DNA from: Mobula hypostoma
Taxonomy: Eukaryota
Direction: 5' to 3'
Assembly (NCBI RefSeq): GCF_963921235.1
Contig: NC_086101.1
Coordinates: forward strand, 3,350,001-3,414,000
Length of the DNA stretch: 64,000 nucleotides
Position 1 is the first letter of the stretch; every line of letters starts with the position of its first letter. This document shows, one piece after another, positions 13,095-24,100 of the stretch. The notes beneath the pieces are model-generated. The model searched no databases, was not told the DNA's origin, and was given only the letters and a program-made list of their open reading frames with translations. Made by a program: the position numbers and the translations under genes.

Positions 13095-13965
13095 CCAGAT
13101 GGTGTACACCCCAGAGATCTGAAAGAGGTAGCTGAAGAGATCGTGGGGGCATTAGTAACGATCTTTCAAGGATCACTAGACTCTAGAAAGGTTCCGGAAG
13201 ACTGGAAAATTACAAATGTCACTCTGCTCTTCAAGAACAGAGAGAGGTAGAAGAAAGGAAACTACAGGCCAGTAGTGGTTGGGAAGATGTTGGAGTCTAT
13301 TATTAGGGATGAGATAGAAACATAGACAGGCCCTTTGGACTGCAATGCTTTAGAAATTTCCTCGGGTTACCCATAGCCCTCTATTTTTCTGAGCTCCATG
13401 TACCTGTCCAAAAGTTTCTTCAAAGACCCTATCGTAAAGATCCCAGGGTACTTGGAGGAACATGATAAAACAGGCCGTAGTCAGCAGGGTTTCCTCAAGG
13501 GAAAATTTTGCCTGACAAATCTGTTCGAATTCTGTGAAGCAACAAACAGGATTGACAAAGGAGAATCAGCTGATGCGGTGTACTTGGATTTTCAGAAGGC
13601 CTTTGGCAAAGTGCCACACATAAGGCTGCTCAGCAAGCTACGAGCCCACGGTATTACAGGAAAAATTCTAACATGGATACCGCGGCTGATTGGCAGGAGG
13701 CAAAGAGTGGGAATAAAAGGAGCCTTTTCTGGCTGCCTGCTGGTGACTGGTGATGTTCCACAAGGGTCTGTGTTGGGACTGATTTTTTTTAGTTATATGT
13801 CAATGATATGGGTGATGGAATTAATGGCTTTGTTGCAAAGTTTGCAGACGATATGAAGATAAGTGGAGGGGCAGGTAGATTTGAGGAAGTAGACAGGCTA
13901 CAAAAGGACTTGGATTACGAAAATTGGCAAAGGGTACCATGTTGGAAAGTGTATGGTTGTGCACT
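13095..13965 (+). mobile_element. CR1 LINE RT fragment (with a short nested CR1 tail)
   Basis: ORF 13398-13856 ([21 protein letters not shown]). Confidence 0.88.
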
Positions 13966-14684
13966 TGGGTAGAGGGAGGGTGAGGGGGGAGGGGGAAAGA
14001 GGGAGGTAGATAGGGAGAGAGGGAAGGGGAGGGGCGAGAGACGGAGGGGGAACAGGCTGCATGAGAAACTGTTGGATCTGTGGGCCCCTTATGACATTGC
14101 AGAGATTGGGGTGTTTTGTGCACGATGAGTATTATTTTAGTTTCTCTGTTGCTCCAACTGTAGACAATTGTTCTAATTCTAATCGTTCTTTTCCTTGTGG
14201 TGTGAATACATTATCAGTCTCACCTTTGTTTGTGGATTCACATGCATATACTCTGAGCCGATTATGAATAGAATACAGAACGAATTTAAAAATAACTTTT
14301 TGTTACACATTTGGTGGTGAAAAGTGCTGGTCTTTGTGGAAGCAGTCGTGTCTGAAAGTCGGAGTGCACTGGAGCCCAGGCGATGGCCAGTCCTGGGGTT
14401 GGAAATCTGTGTGAGTCGGGGGCACAGTTTGAAAGGGGTTCATTCTGCTGTTGTTTGAGTTATTCTGCTTAAACAAGTTGTTTGGAATGTCAACAAATAC
14501 ACTCAAAAACTTCTATAGATAGATAGATATACTTTATTGATCCCGAGGGAAATTAGGTTTCGTTACAGCTGCACCAACCAAGAATAGGGCATAAATATAG
14601 CAATACAAAAACCACAAACAATCTAACAACAATATGCAAACTATGCCAGATGTACGGGGGGGGGGGGGGTGGAGAGGGCTACTA

Positions 14685-15165
14685 CACAGGTCCGAAAGAA
14701 GCTGCAGAGGATTGTAAATTTAGTCGGCTTCATCTTGGGCACTAGCCTACAAAGGACCCAAGACATCTTCAGGGAGCAGTGTCTCAGAAAGGCAGCGTCC
14801 ATTATTAAGGACCTCCAGCACCCAGGGCATGCCCTTTTCTCACTGTTACCAACAGGTAGGAGGTACAGAAGCCTGAAGGCACACACTCAGTGATTCAGGA
14901 ACAGCTTCTTCCCCTCTGCCATCTGATTCCTAAATGGACATTGAACCCTTGGACACTACCTCACTTTTTTTAAATACATATTATTTCTGTTTTTAGCACG
15001 ATCATTAAACTATTCAGTATATATATATACTGTAATTGATTTACTTATTTATTATTATATTTTGTGCTTTTTTCTTCCATATTATGCATTGCATTGAACT
15101 GATGCTGCTACGTTAACAAATTTCACGTCACATGCCGGTGATAATAAACCTGATTCTGATTCTGA
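14685..15165 (+). mobile_element. Rex1/Babar-type LINE 3' end
   Basis: CLRKAASIIKDLQHPGHALFSLLPTGRRYRSLK; tail AATAAACCTGATTCTGATTCTGA. Confidence 0.85.
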
Positions 15166-15284
15166 CATGGGGAGCGTGTTACGATGGCTCCAGTGTGTGT
15201 GGGGCGACACTTGCGGGCTGCCCCCAGCCCGTCCTTGGGTTGTGCTGGTCGTTAATTCAAACACAGCATTTGACTGTCTGTGAA

Positions 15285-16110
15285 GGGCTGGAGAGAAAGA
15301 TGGATCACAGGAGAAGGGGAGGGGAGGGAGCACCAGGGGGGAGGTGATAGGTGGGTGAGAAGAGGCAAGATGCCAGAGTGCAGACCAGAAGAGGGAAGGG
15401 GGATAGAAATTTGTTTTTACCAGAATGATAAACCGACATTCATGCCATCAGGTCGGAGGGAATATGAGTTTTTGCTCCTCCACCCTGAGAGTGGCCTCAT
15501 TGTGGCCATGGGCCATCTAACGAGAGTGGGAATAGGAATTAAAATCGTTTGCCACCGGGAAATTCTACTTTTCGCGGATGGGGCAGAAGTGCTTGACAAA
15601 GCGGTCCCCCAATGTTGGGTTCAATCGATGTAGAGAAGACCGCATTGGGAGCACCGGGTACAATAACTGTCTCAACGGAAGTGGATGTGGGGGGGGGGGG
15701 GAGATTAGTGAGGAGGGATAAGGGAATCATGAAGGGAGTGATCTCTGCAGAAAGTAGAGGGGTGGTAGGTTCAGATATGCTTTTGGTAGGATCCTTCTGG
15801 AGACGGTGATAAGTACAGAGAATGATGTGTTGGATGTGGAGGCTCACGGGGTGGTAGACAAGGATGAGAGGAACTCTATCACCGTGAAGATGTGGTGAGG
15901 GCAGATGTCCAGGAAATGGAGGAGATGAAGGTGAGGGCAGCATCAATGGTGGAGGAAGGGAAACTGTTCTTTGAAGGAGGATATCTCTGATGTCCTGGAA
16001 AGGGGAGCCACATCCTGGGACCAGGTGTGGCAGAGATGAAGGAACTGAGAAAAGGCAACAGCATTTTTCCAGGGGACAGGATAGAAAGAGATATCGTTCA
16101 GATACACCTC
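15285..16110 (-). mobile_element. Penelope-like element ORF remnant (RT to GIY-YIG linker)
   Basis: DRVPLILVYHPVSLHIQHIIL motif in ORF 15539-15946; frameshifted. Confidence 0.7.
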
Positions 16111-16148
16111 GAATGAATGAACGAATCTGAAATAGAAGCCTTCCTCAC

Positions 16149-16294
16149 CTTCAGCTTTCCTTCCAGGGTTCTGGAGCGCTTGAAACCCGAGTTCTTGTTC
16201 TCTGCTTTGATGGCACTGATTGCTCCTGACTTCACCAGCATCTTGGCCTGCTCAGTGGCCGTGGCTGTATCAACCAGCGGCTGATCCGACAGTG
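16149..16294 (-). CDS. NELFE: NELFE coding exon 3 (S-LSDQPLVDTATATEQAKMLVKSGAISAIKAENKNSGFKRSRTLEGKLK)
   Basis: Acceptor ...ctcccttgcacag, 146 nt (phase 1 to 0), donor gtgagg; near-identical to human NELFE as recalled. Confidence 0.97.
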
Positions 16295-16404
16295 CTGTGC
16301 AAGGGAGAGGACAGAGTCACTGCAGCTCAAACAGTACAGGCCCTTGTACCAACTACTCTGCCATCAATTTCACCCTTCGCTCCCACATAACCCTCCGTTT
16401 TCAT

Positions 16405-17282
16405 TCATAGTCATAGTCATAGTTTATTGATCCCGGGGGAAATTGGTTTTCGTTACAGTTGCACCATAAATAGTAATAAATCCATAAATAATTAAATAGT
16501 AATATGTAAATTACGCCAGTAAATTATGAAATAAATCCAGGACCAGCCTATTGGCTCAGGGTGTCTGACCCTCCAAGGGAGGAGTTGTAAAGTTTGATGG
16601 CCACAGGCAGGAATGACTTCCTATGACGCTCTGTGCTGCATCTCGGTGGAATGAGTCTCTGGCTGAATGTACTCCTGTGCCCACCCAGTACATTATGTAG
16701 TGGATGGGAGACATTGTCCAAGATGGCATGCAACTTGGACAGCATCCTCTTTTCAGACACCACCGTCAGAGAGTCCAGTTCCATCCCCACCACATCACTG
16801 GTCTTACGAATGAGTTTGTTGATTCTGTTGGTGTCTGCTACCCTCAGCCTGCTGTCCCAGCACACAACAGTGAACATGATCGCACTGGCCACCACAGACT
16901 CATAGAACATCCTCAGCATCGTCCGGCAGATGTTAAAGGACCTCAGTCTCCTCCGGAAATAGAGACGGCGCTGACCCTTCTCGTAGACAGCCTCAGTGTT
17001 CTTTGACCAGTCCAGTTTATTGTCAATTTGTATCCCCAGGTATTTGTAATCCTCCACCATGTCCACACTGACCCCCTGGATGGAAACAGGGGTCACTGGT
17101 ACCTTAGCTCTCCTCAGGTCTACCACCAGCTCCTTAGTCTTTTTCACATTAAGCTGCAGATAATTCTGCTCACACCATGTGACAAAGTTTCCTACCGTAG
17201 CCCTGTACTCAGCCTCACCTCCCTTGCTGATGCATCCAACTATGGCAGAGTCATCAAAAAACTTCTGAAGATGACAAGATTC
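16405..17282 (-). mobile_element. Relatively young 5'-truncated Rex1/Babar LINE inserted in a CR1 tail
   Basis: Uninterrupted frame in ORF 16548-17399 (LQKFFDDSAIVG, LQLNVKKTKELVVD, SFLPVAIKLYN); (CATAGT)n tail near 16405. Confidence 0.9.
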
Positions 17283-17289
17283 ATCCACG

Positions 17290-19270
17290 TAGTTACCCAA
17301 GAGGTCTTTTTTTAAAAAAAAGTCCCTAATGTATCTATCTATCTCTACAATCACCCCTGGCTGGGCGTTCCAGGCACCCACTACTCTCTGTGTAAACAAT
17401 TACCGCTGACATCCCCCCCCCCCCCATATTTTCCTCCAATCACTTTAAAATTCTGCCCTCTTGTATTAGCTGTTTCTGCCCTGGGAAAAGTCTCTGGCTG
17501 TCCACGCGATCTAGGCCTGTCACCATTCTGTAATACCAAATCACCTTTCACACTCCACCTCTCCAGAAAAAAAGCTTGGGCTCACATAATTTCTCCCCAT
17601 CAACAATTAAGGAAAGTATATTTCTCTTCTCTGACCCCTGCACCGGCTTGTGTCATAAAACACAGAACAGTACAGCACAGTACAGGCCCACTAGCTCCCA
17701 ATGCTGTGCCAAACCTTTAACCAACTCCAAGATTAATCTAACCCTTCCTTCCAACATAGCCCACCATTTTTCTATCATCCATGTGTTTATCTAAGAGTCT
17801 CTTAAACATCCCTAATGTACCGGCCTCCACCAGCACCCACACCACACAGTCACATGACCTACCTACCTCTCACATCTCCCCTACATTATTCTACAAAGAT
17901 TCAAAACTGTTTAATGTTATTTCCAGTACACAAGTGTAAAGGAGATTGTAATAACCTTTACTTCCGATCCGATGTGGTACAATAAAAACACAATAAATAT
18001 ATATGCATTGTATAGATTATATACATAGATTGATGTATGTTCATAAAGTGAACTAGACACAGTTGTCTGCACATAAGGGTGACTCTATTCTAGATTAAAT
18101 CTTTTTAATCCTTTCCATAGATGCTGCCTGGCCTGCTGAGTTCCTCCAGCAGTGTGTGTGTTCCTTGGATTTCCAGCATTTGCAGTTTTTCTTGTGTTAA
18201 AGTAGTGATGGCTGGGTGTGTGGAGGGGTTGGTTACAGGGTGGAGGTGCTGATCAGCCTGACTGCTTGAAAATACCCCTGTATTTGCCAATTCCGCCCTG
18301 GGAAAAAGTCTCTGGCTGCACGTCATCTTATACACGCCTATTAAGTCACCTCGCATCCTCCTCTTCAAAAAGAAAAGCTCCGTTTCACCCAGCCCTTCCT
18401 CAAAAGTCGAGGGAAGCAGCTTTCATTTCTCTGTCCCCTACCCTCACTGGCTTGTTTCTGAGAATGTAGGACTGTACAGAACAGCAAAGGCCCTTCAGCC
18501 CACAATATTGTACTGACCTTTTAACCTATCCAAAGATCAATCAATTTCTACTTTTAATGTCTATTTTTCCCTTTTCAAGGTGCATGGGCTCCTGTCGAAG
18601 ACCCTGACTTGGAGCCGCACTCAAACTTCAGATCTTTGTGGCAGTGGGACCTGCAACCGGAGCTCACCGACTGGCCATTTTTGCTCTCTCTCCCACATAA
18701 CCCTCCATTTTTCTATCATCCAAGTGCCCATCGAAGAGTTTCTTGAATTTCCCTAATGTATCTGCCTCTACCACCATTCCTGGCAGTGCGTTGAACGCAC
18801 CAATCACTCTGTGGAAAAAAAAACTTACCCCCATACCTTCCTCCAATCACCATAAAATGATGCCCCTCATATTAGCCATTCCCACCCTGGGAAAAATGCT
18901 CCCTCTCTCCCCTTCCACCTCCCCCTAGGACCCTTGTGGCCCCCGGCTGTCCACTCTATCTGTGCCTCCTATCATCTTGGACATCTCTCAAGGCCCCCTC
19001 ACATCCTCCTTCATACCGAAGAGAAAAGCCCTTTCTTCAAAAGACGCAGTCTTTAGTCAAGGCAGTGTCCTGGTAAATCTCCCCTGCACACTCCCTAAAG
19101 CTTCTACATCCTTCCTATAATGAGGCAACCAGATCTGAACACGGTGGTCTAACCAGGATTTTATAGAGCTGCGACAGTACCTCACAGTTCTTGAACTCAA
19201 TCCCTTGATTTAATGAAGGCCCACGCACCGTACACCTTCTTAACCAGCCCACCAACTTGTGTGGCAACCT
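17290..19270 (-). mobile_element. Cluster of CR1 3' fragments (continues at 20105-20310)
   Basis: FTQRVVGAWN, RRMRGDLIGVYK and FFHRVIGAFNALPG motifs on the minus strand. Confidence 0.8.
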
Positions 19271-19271
19271 T

Positions 19272-20105
19272 GGGCAGAGCTACGACGTGCTAAACATGAC
19301 TTCTTGCTCACCTGTGGAAACAGCTTCATTTCTATCTTTAATGTCTATTTTTCCCTTTTCAAGGTGGATGGGCTCCTGTTGAAGACCCTGACTTGGAACT
19401 ACACTCAAACTTCAGATCTTTGTGGCAGTGGGACCTGCATCCGGAGCTCACCGACTGGCCATGTTTCGATATCTCATTGACGTGGCCTAGAAGATGAGCA
19501 TGTCTTTGGGATTCCGAGGCTTTGTGGCCCAGGGGACGAGCTGATCATACGTCATTGCCGCCAAATGAAGAGTCTCAGGAGGAAATGGAAAATCAGAGAT
19601 AACGGATCAGCCGTCGGGAACCCTGTGTTCAGCAAACTGCGCGTTCTCTCGTTGGTGGGGGAAGAGATTGTTGCCTATTCTCGAGTAGCAGAACTCAGAA
19701 AAAAGTGACACGGCAGACTTTACACTGCAAATCAGCAAGTTGTTTGATTTTGTTGATCTCTCCTCTCGCTGTGAAAGGGCGACACATCTCTGTCACTTAA
19801 TTGGGGAGAGAGTGAGCCGAATTGTTGGGTGAATGATTAGTTTTTGTTGTACCGCAGATCACGGTCTTTCTTGAGGGTTTTGCTATTGCTTCCTTGGTGG
19901 GTGAAAGATGCTGATGTTTTTTTTGCTGAAGTGGGGAGGGGATGGTCATTACTTGTGCCTGGAGGGGGGAGTAGAGGGACTTGGGTTTTCCTGTCACTTC
20001 TTCTTTGGGGCACTCTTTTGTTTTCACGGTTGTTTGGGAAGAGTAAGAATTTCAGGTTGTATATTGTATACGTTCTCCGACATTAAATGGAATGATCGAA
20101 CTTTG
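19272..20105. mobile_element. Unclassified interspersed element interrupting a CR1
   Basis: CR1 sequence stops at GCAACCTTG and resumes at AACTTTGAGGGA; no recognisable coding motif inside. Confidence 0.45.
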
Positions 20106-20504
20106 AGGGATTGATGGACGTGGACCCCAAGATCCCTCTGTTCCTCCACACTGCCAAGAATCCTGCCATTAACCCTGTATTCTGCCTTCAAATTCGATCT
20201 TCCAAACTCACACGTCCCTGGACTGGACTCCATCTGTCATTTCTCAGCCCAGCTCTGCATCCTGTCAGTGTTCCGTTGTAACCTTCGGCAACCCCCTCGA
20301 CTGTCCAACCACCACCCACCTCCACTCATCAACGGCAGGTAAACAGTAGCCATCTGACTCCTACCAACAAATCGCAGCAGCGGCAGGAAATCTCGCTGAG
20401 ACACAACATATTCACCGATGGGATGCTTCGCAATGGGATGAACAGCAAAGCCCCAAGGAGGCTCACGGACGAGAGGTACAATCGTGAGACACGAGTGATT
20501 CTGC

Positions 20505-20945
20505 AGACGCCGGAAATCCTGAACAACACACATAAGATGCTGAGGAATACACAGTTGATGATTGGGGCCAAGATACTTCATCAGGACTGGACAAAAAAAG
20601 GGTCAGAAGCCAGGATAAGCGATGGGGAAAGGGAAAAGGAGTTCCAGCTGGGAGGTGCTAGGTGAGACCAGGAAGGGGGGAAGGTGTGGGCAGCTGAGGG
20701 GGAATGAAATGAGAATGAGGCAGGTGATAGGTAGAAGAGGTAAAAGGCTGGAGAAAAAGGAATCTGATAGGAGAGGAGTGAGAGTGGAGCCAGAATGGGG
20801 AATGGAGACAGAGAGGAGGAGGAGGAGGGAGAAATTGATGTCGATGCCATCAGTTTGGAGTCCAGCCAGATGGGATACGAGATGTTGCTCCTCCAACTTG
20901 ATTGTGGCCACCATGGAGGGCAGGTGAAGGGCACTTGATGAGGGG
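20505..20945 (-). mobile_element. Penelope-like element 3' fragment with decayed hammerhead motif
   Basis: ATIKLEEQHLVSHLAGLQTDGIDINFS in ORF 20603-21049; CTTCATCAGGACTG at 20576-20589. Confidence 0.65.
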
Positions 20946-21034
20946 ATGAGAGGATGGAGAGGGGGTGGGAGTATCGTTGCAGATTTGTTCTGAGCAGCTG
21001 GCAGACACTGACAGCAGAAAGAAGCAACACTCAC

Positions 21035-21104
21035 ATCGTTTAATGCCACCTTGACTGGTCTGTGAACCCGAACTCTGCTTCTTCAGAGCCAGCAGCGCTT
21101 TCTT
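21035..21104 (-). CDS. NELFE: NELFE coding exon 2 (KKALLALKKQSSGSQTSQGGIKR)
   Basis: Acceptor ...tatctgcag, 70 nt, donor T|gtgagt; matches human KKALLALKKQSSSSTTSQGGVKR as recalled. Confidence 0.97.
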
Positions 21105-21120
21105 CTGCAGATAGAACATT

Positions 21121-24100
21121 CAGTGTCAGAGTCCCAGTGACCAACAGCCGTCCTGTCCGAACCGGAGCCCCCATCTCCCCCATCTCCACCCACACACACA
21201 GCACAGGGTCAGAGTCCCAGAGACCAACAGCCGTCCTGTCCGAACCGGAGCCCCCATCTCCCCCATCTCCCCTCACACACACAGCACAAGCTCAGAGTCC
21301 CAGTGACCAACGGCCGTCCTGTCCGAACCGGAGCCCCCATCTCCCCTCACACACACAGCACAAGCTCAGAGTCCCAGTGACCAACGGCCGTCCTGTCCGA
21401 ACCGGAGCCCCCATCTCCCTCATCTCCCCCCACACACAGAACATTCCGTGTCAGAGTCCCAGTGACCAACGGCCGTCCTGTCCGAACCGGAGCCCCCATC
21501 TCCCCACACACACACAGCACAGGGTCAGAGTCCCAGTGACCAACGGCCGTCCTGTCCGAACCAGAGCCCCCATCTCCCCCATCTCCACCCACACGCACAG
21601 CACAGGGTCAGAGTCCCAGAGACCAACAGCCGTCCTGTCCGAACCGGAGCCCCCATCTCCCCCCACACACACAGCACAGGGTCAGAGTCCCAGTGACCAA
21701 CAGCCGTCCTGTCCGAACCGGAGCCCCCATCTCCCCCATCTCCACCCACACACACAGCACAGGGTCAGAGTCCCAGAGACCAACAGCCGTCCTGTCCGAA
21801 CCAGAGCCCCCATCTCCCCCCACACACACAGCACAGGGTCAGAGTCCCAGTGACCAACGGCCGTCCTGTCCGAACCGGAGCCCCCATCTCCCCTCACACA
21901 CACAGCACAAGCTCAGAGTCCCAGTGACCAACGGCCGTCCTGTCCGAACCGGAGCCCCCATCTCCCTCATCTCCACTCACACACACAGCACAGGGTCAGA
22001 GTCCCAGAGACCAACGGCCGTCCAGTCCGAACCGGAGCCCCCATCTCCCCCATCTCCACTCACACACACAGCACAAGCTCAGAGTCCCAGTGACCAACGG
22101 CCGTCCTGTCCGGACCGGAGCCCCCATCTCCCCTCACACACACAGCACAAGCTCAGAGTCCCAGTAACCAACGGCCGTCCTGTCCGAACCGGAGCCCCCA
22201 TCTCCCCCATCTCCACCCACACACACAGCACAGGGTCAGAGTCCCAGTGACCAACAGCCGTCCTGTCCGAACCGGAGCCCCCATCTCCCCCATCTCCCCT
22301 CACACACACAGCACAGGGTCAGAGTCCCAGTGACCAACGGCAGTCCTGTCCGAACCAGAGCCCCCATCTCCCCCATCTCCACCCACACACACAGCACAGG
22401 GTCAGAGTCCCAGAGACCAACAGCCGTCCTGTCCGAACCGGAGCCCCCATCTCCCCTCACACACACAGCACAAGCTCAGAGTCCCAGAGACCAACGGCCG
22501 TCCTGTCCGGACCGGAGCCCCCATCTCCCCTCACACACACAGCACAAGCTCAGAGTCCCAGTAACCAACGGCCGTCCTGTCCGAACCGGAGCCCCCATCT
22601 CCCCCATCTCCACCCACACACACAGCACAGGGTCAGAGTCCCAGTGACCAACAGCCGTCCTGTCCGAACCGGAGCCCCCATCTCCCCTCACACACACAGC
22701 ACAAGCTCAGAGTCCCAGTGACCAACGGCCGTCCTGTCCGAACCGGAGCCCCCATCTCCCCCATCTCCACCCACACACACAGCACAGGGTCAGAGTCCCA
22801 GAGACCAACGGCCGTCCTGTCCGGACCGGAGCCCCCATCTCCCCTCACACACACAGCACAAGCTCAGAGTCCCAGTAACCAACGGCCGTCCTGTCCGAAC
22901 CGGAGCCCCCATCTCCCCCATCTCCACCCACACACACAGCACAGGGTCAGAGTCCCAGTGACCAACAGCCGTCCTGTCCGAACCGGAGCCCCCATCTCCC
23001 CTCACACACACAGCACAAGCTCAGAGTCCCAGTGACCAACGGCCGTCCTGTCCGAACCGGAGCCCCCATCTCCCCCATCTCCCCCATCTCCCGTCACACA
23101 CACAGCACAAGCTCAGAGTCCCAGTGACCAACGGCCGTCCTGTCCGGACCGGAGCCCCCATCTCCCCCATCTCCCGTCACACACACAGCACAGGGTCAGA
23201 GTCCCAGAGACCAACAGCCGTCCTGTCCGAACCGGAGCCCCCATCTCCCTCATCTCCCCCCACACACACAGCACAGGGTCAGAGTCCCAGTGACCAACGG
23301 CCGTCCTGTCCGAACCGGAGCCCCCATCTCCCCCATCTCCCCCCACACACACAGCACAGGGTCAGAGTCCCAGTAACCAACGGCCGTCCTGTCCGAACCG
23401 GAGCCCCCATCTCCCCTCACACACACAGCACAAGCTCAGAGTCCCAGTGACCAACGGCCGTCCTGTCCGAACCGGAGCCCCCATCTCCCCCATCTCCACT
23501 CACACACACAGCACAGGGTCAGAGTCCCAGAGACCAACGGCCGTCCTGTCCGAACCGGAGCCCCCATCTCCCCCATCTCCACTCACACACACAGCACAAG
23601 CTCAGAGTCCCAGTGACCAACGGCCGTCCTGTCCGGACCGGAGCCCCCATCTCCCCTCACACACACAGCACAAGCTCAGAGTCCCAGTAACCAACGGCCG
23701 TCCTGTCCGAACCGGAGCCCCCATCTCCCCCATCTCCACCCACACACACAGCACAGGGTCAGAGTCCCAGTGACCAACAGCCGTCCTGTCCGAACCGGAG
23801 CCCCCATCTCCCCCATCTCCCCTCACACACACAGCACAGGGTCAGAGTCCCAGTGACCAACGGCCGTCCTGTCCGAACCGGAGCCCCCATCTCCCCCATC
23901 TCCACCCACACACACAGCACAGGGTCAGAGTCCCAGAGACCAACAGCCGTCCTGTCCGAACCGGAGCCCCCATCTCCCCTCACACACACAGCACAAGCTC
24001 AGAGTCCCAGAGACCAACGGCCGTCCTGTCCGGACCGGAGCCCCCATCTCCCCTCACACACACAGCACAAGCTCAGAGTCCCAGTAACCAACGGCCGTCC

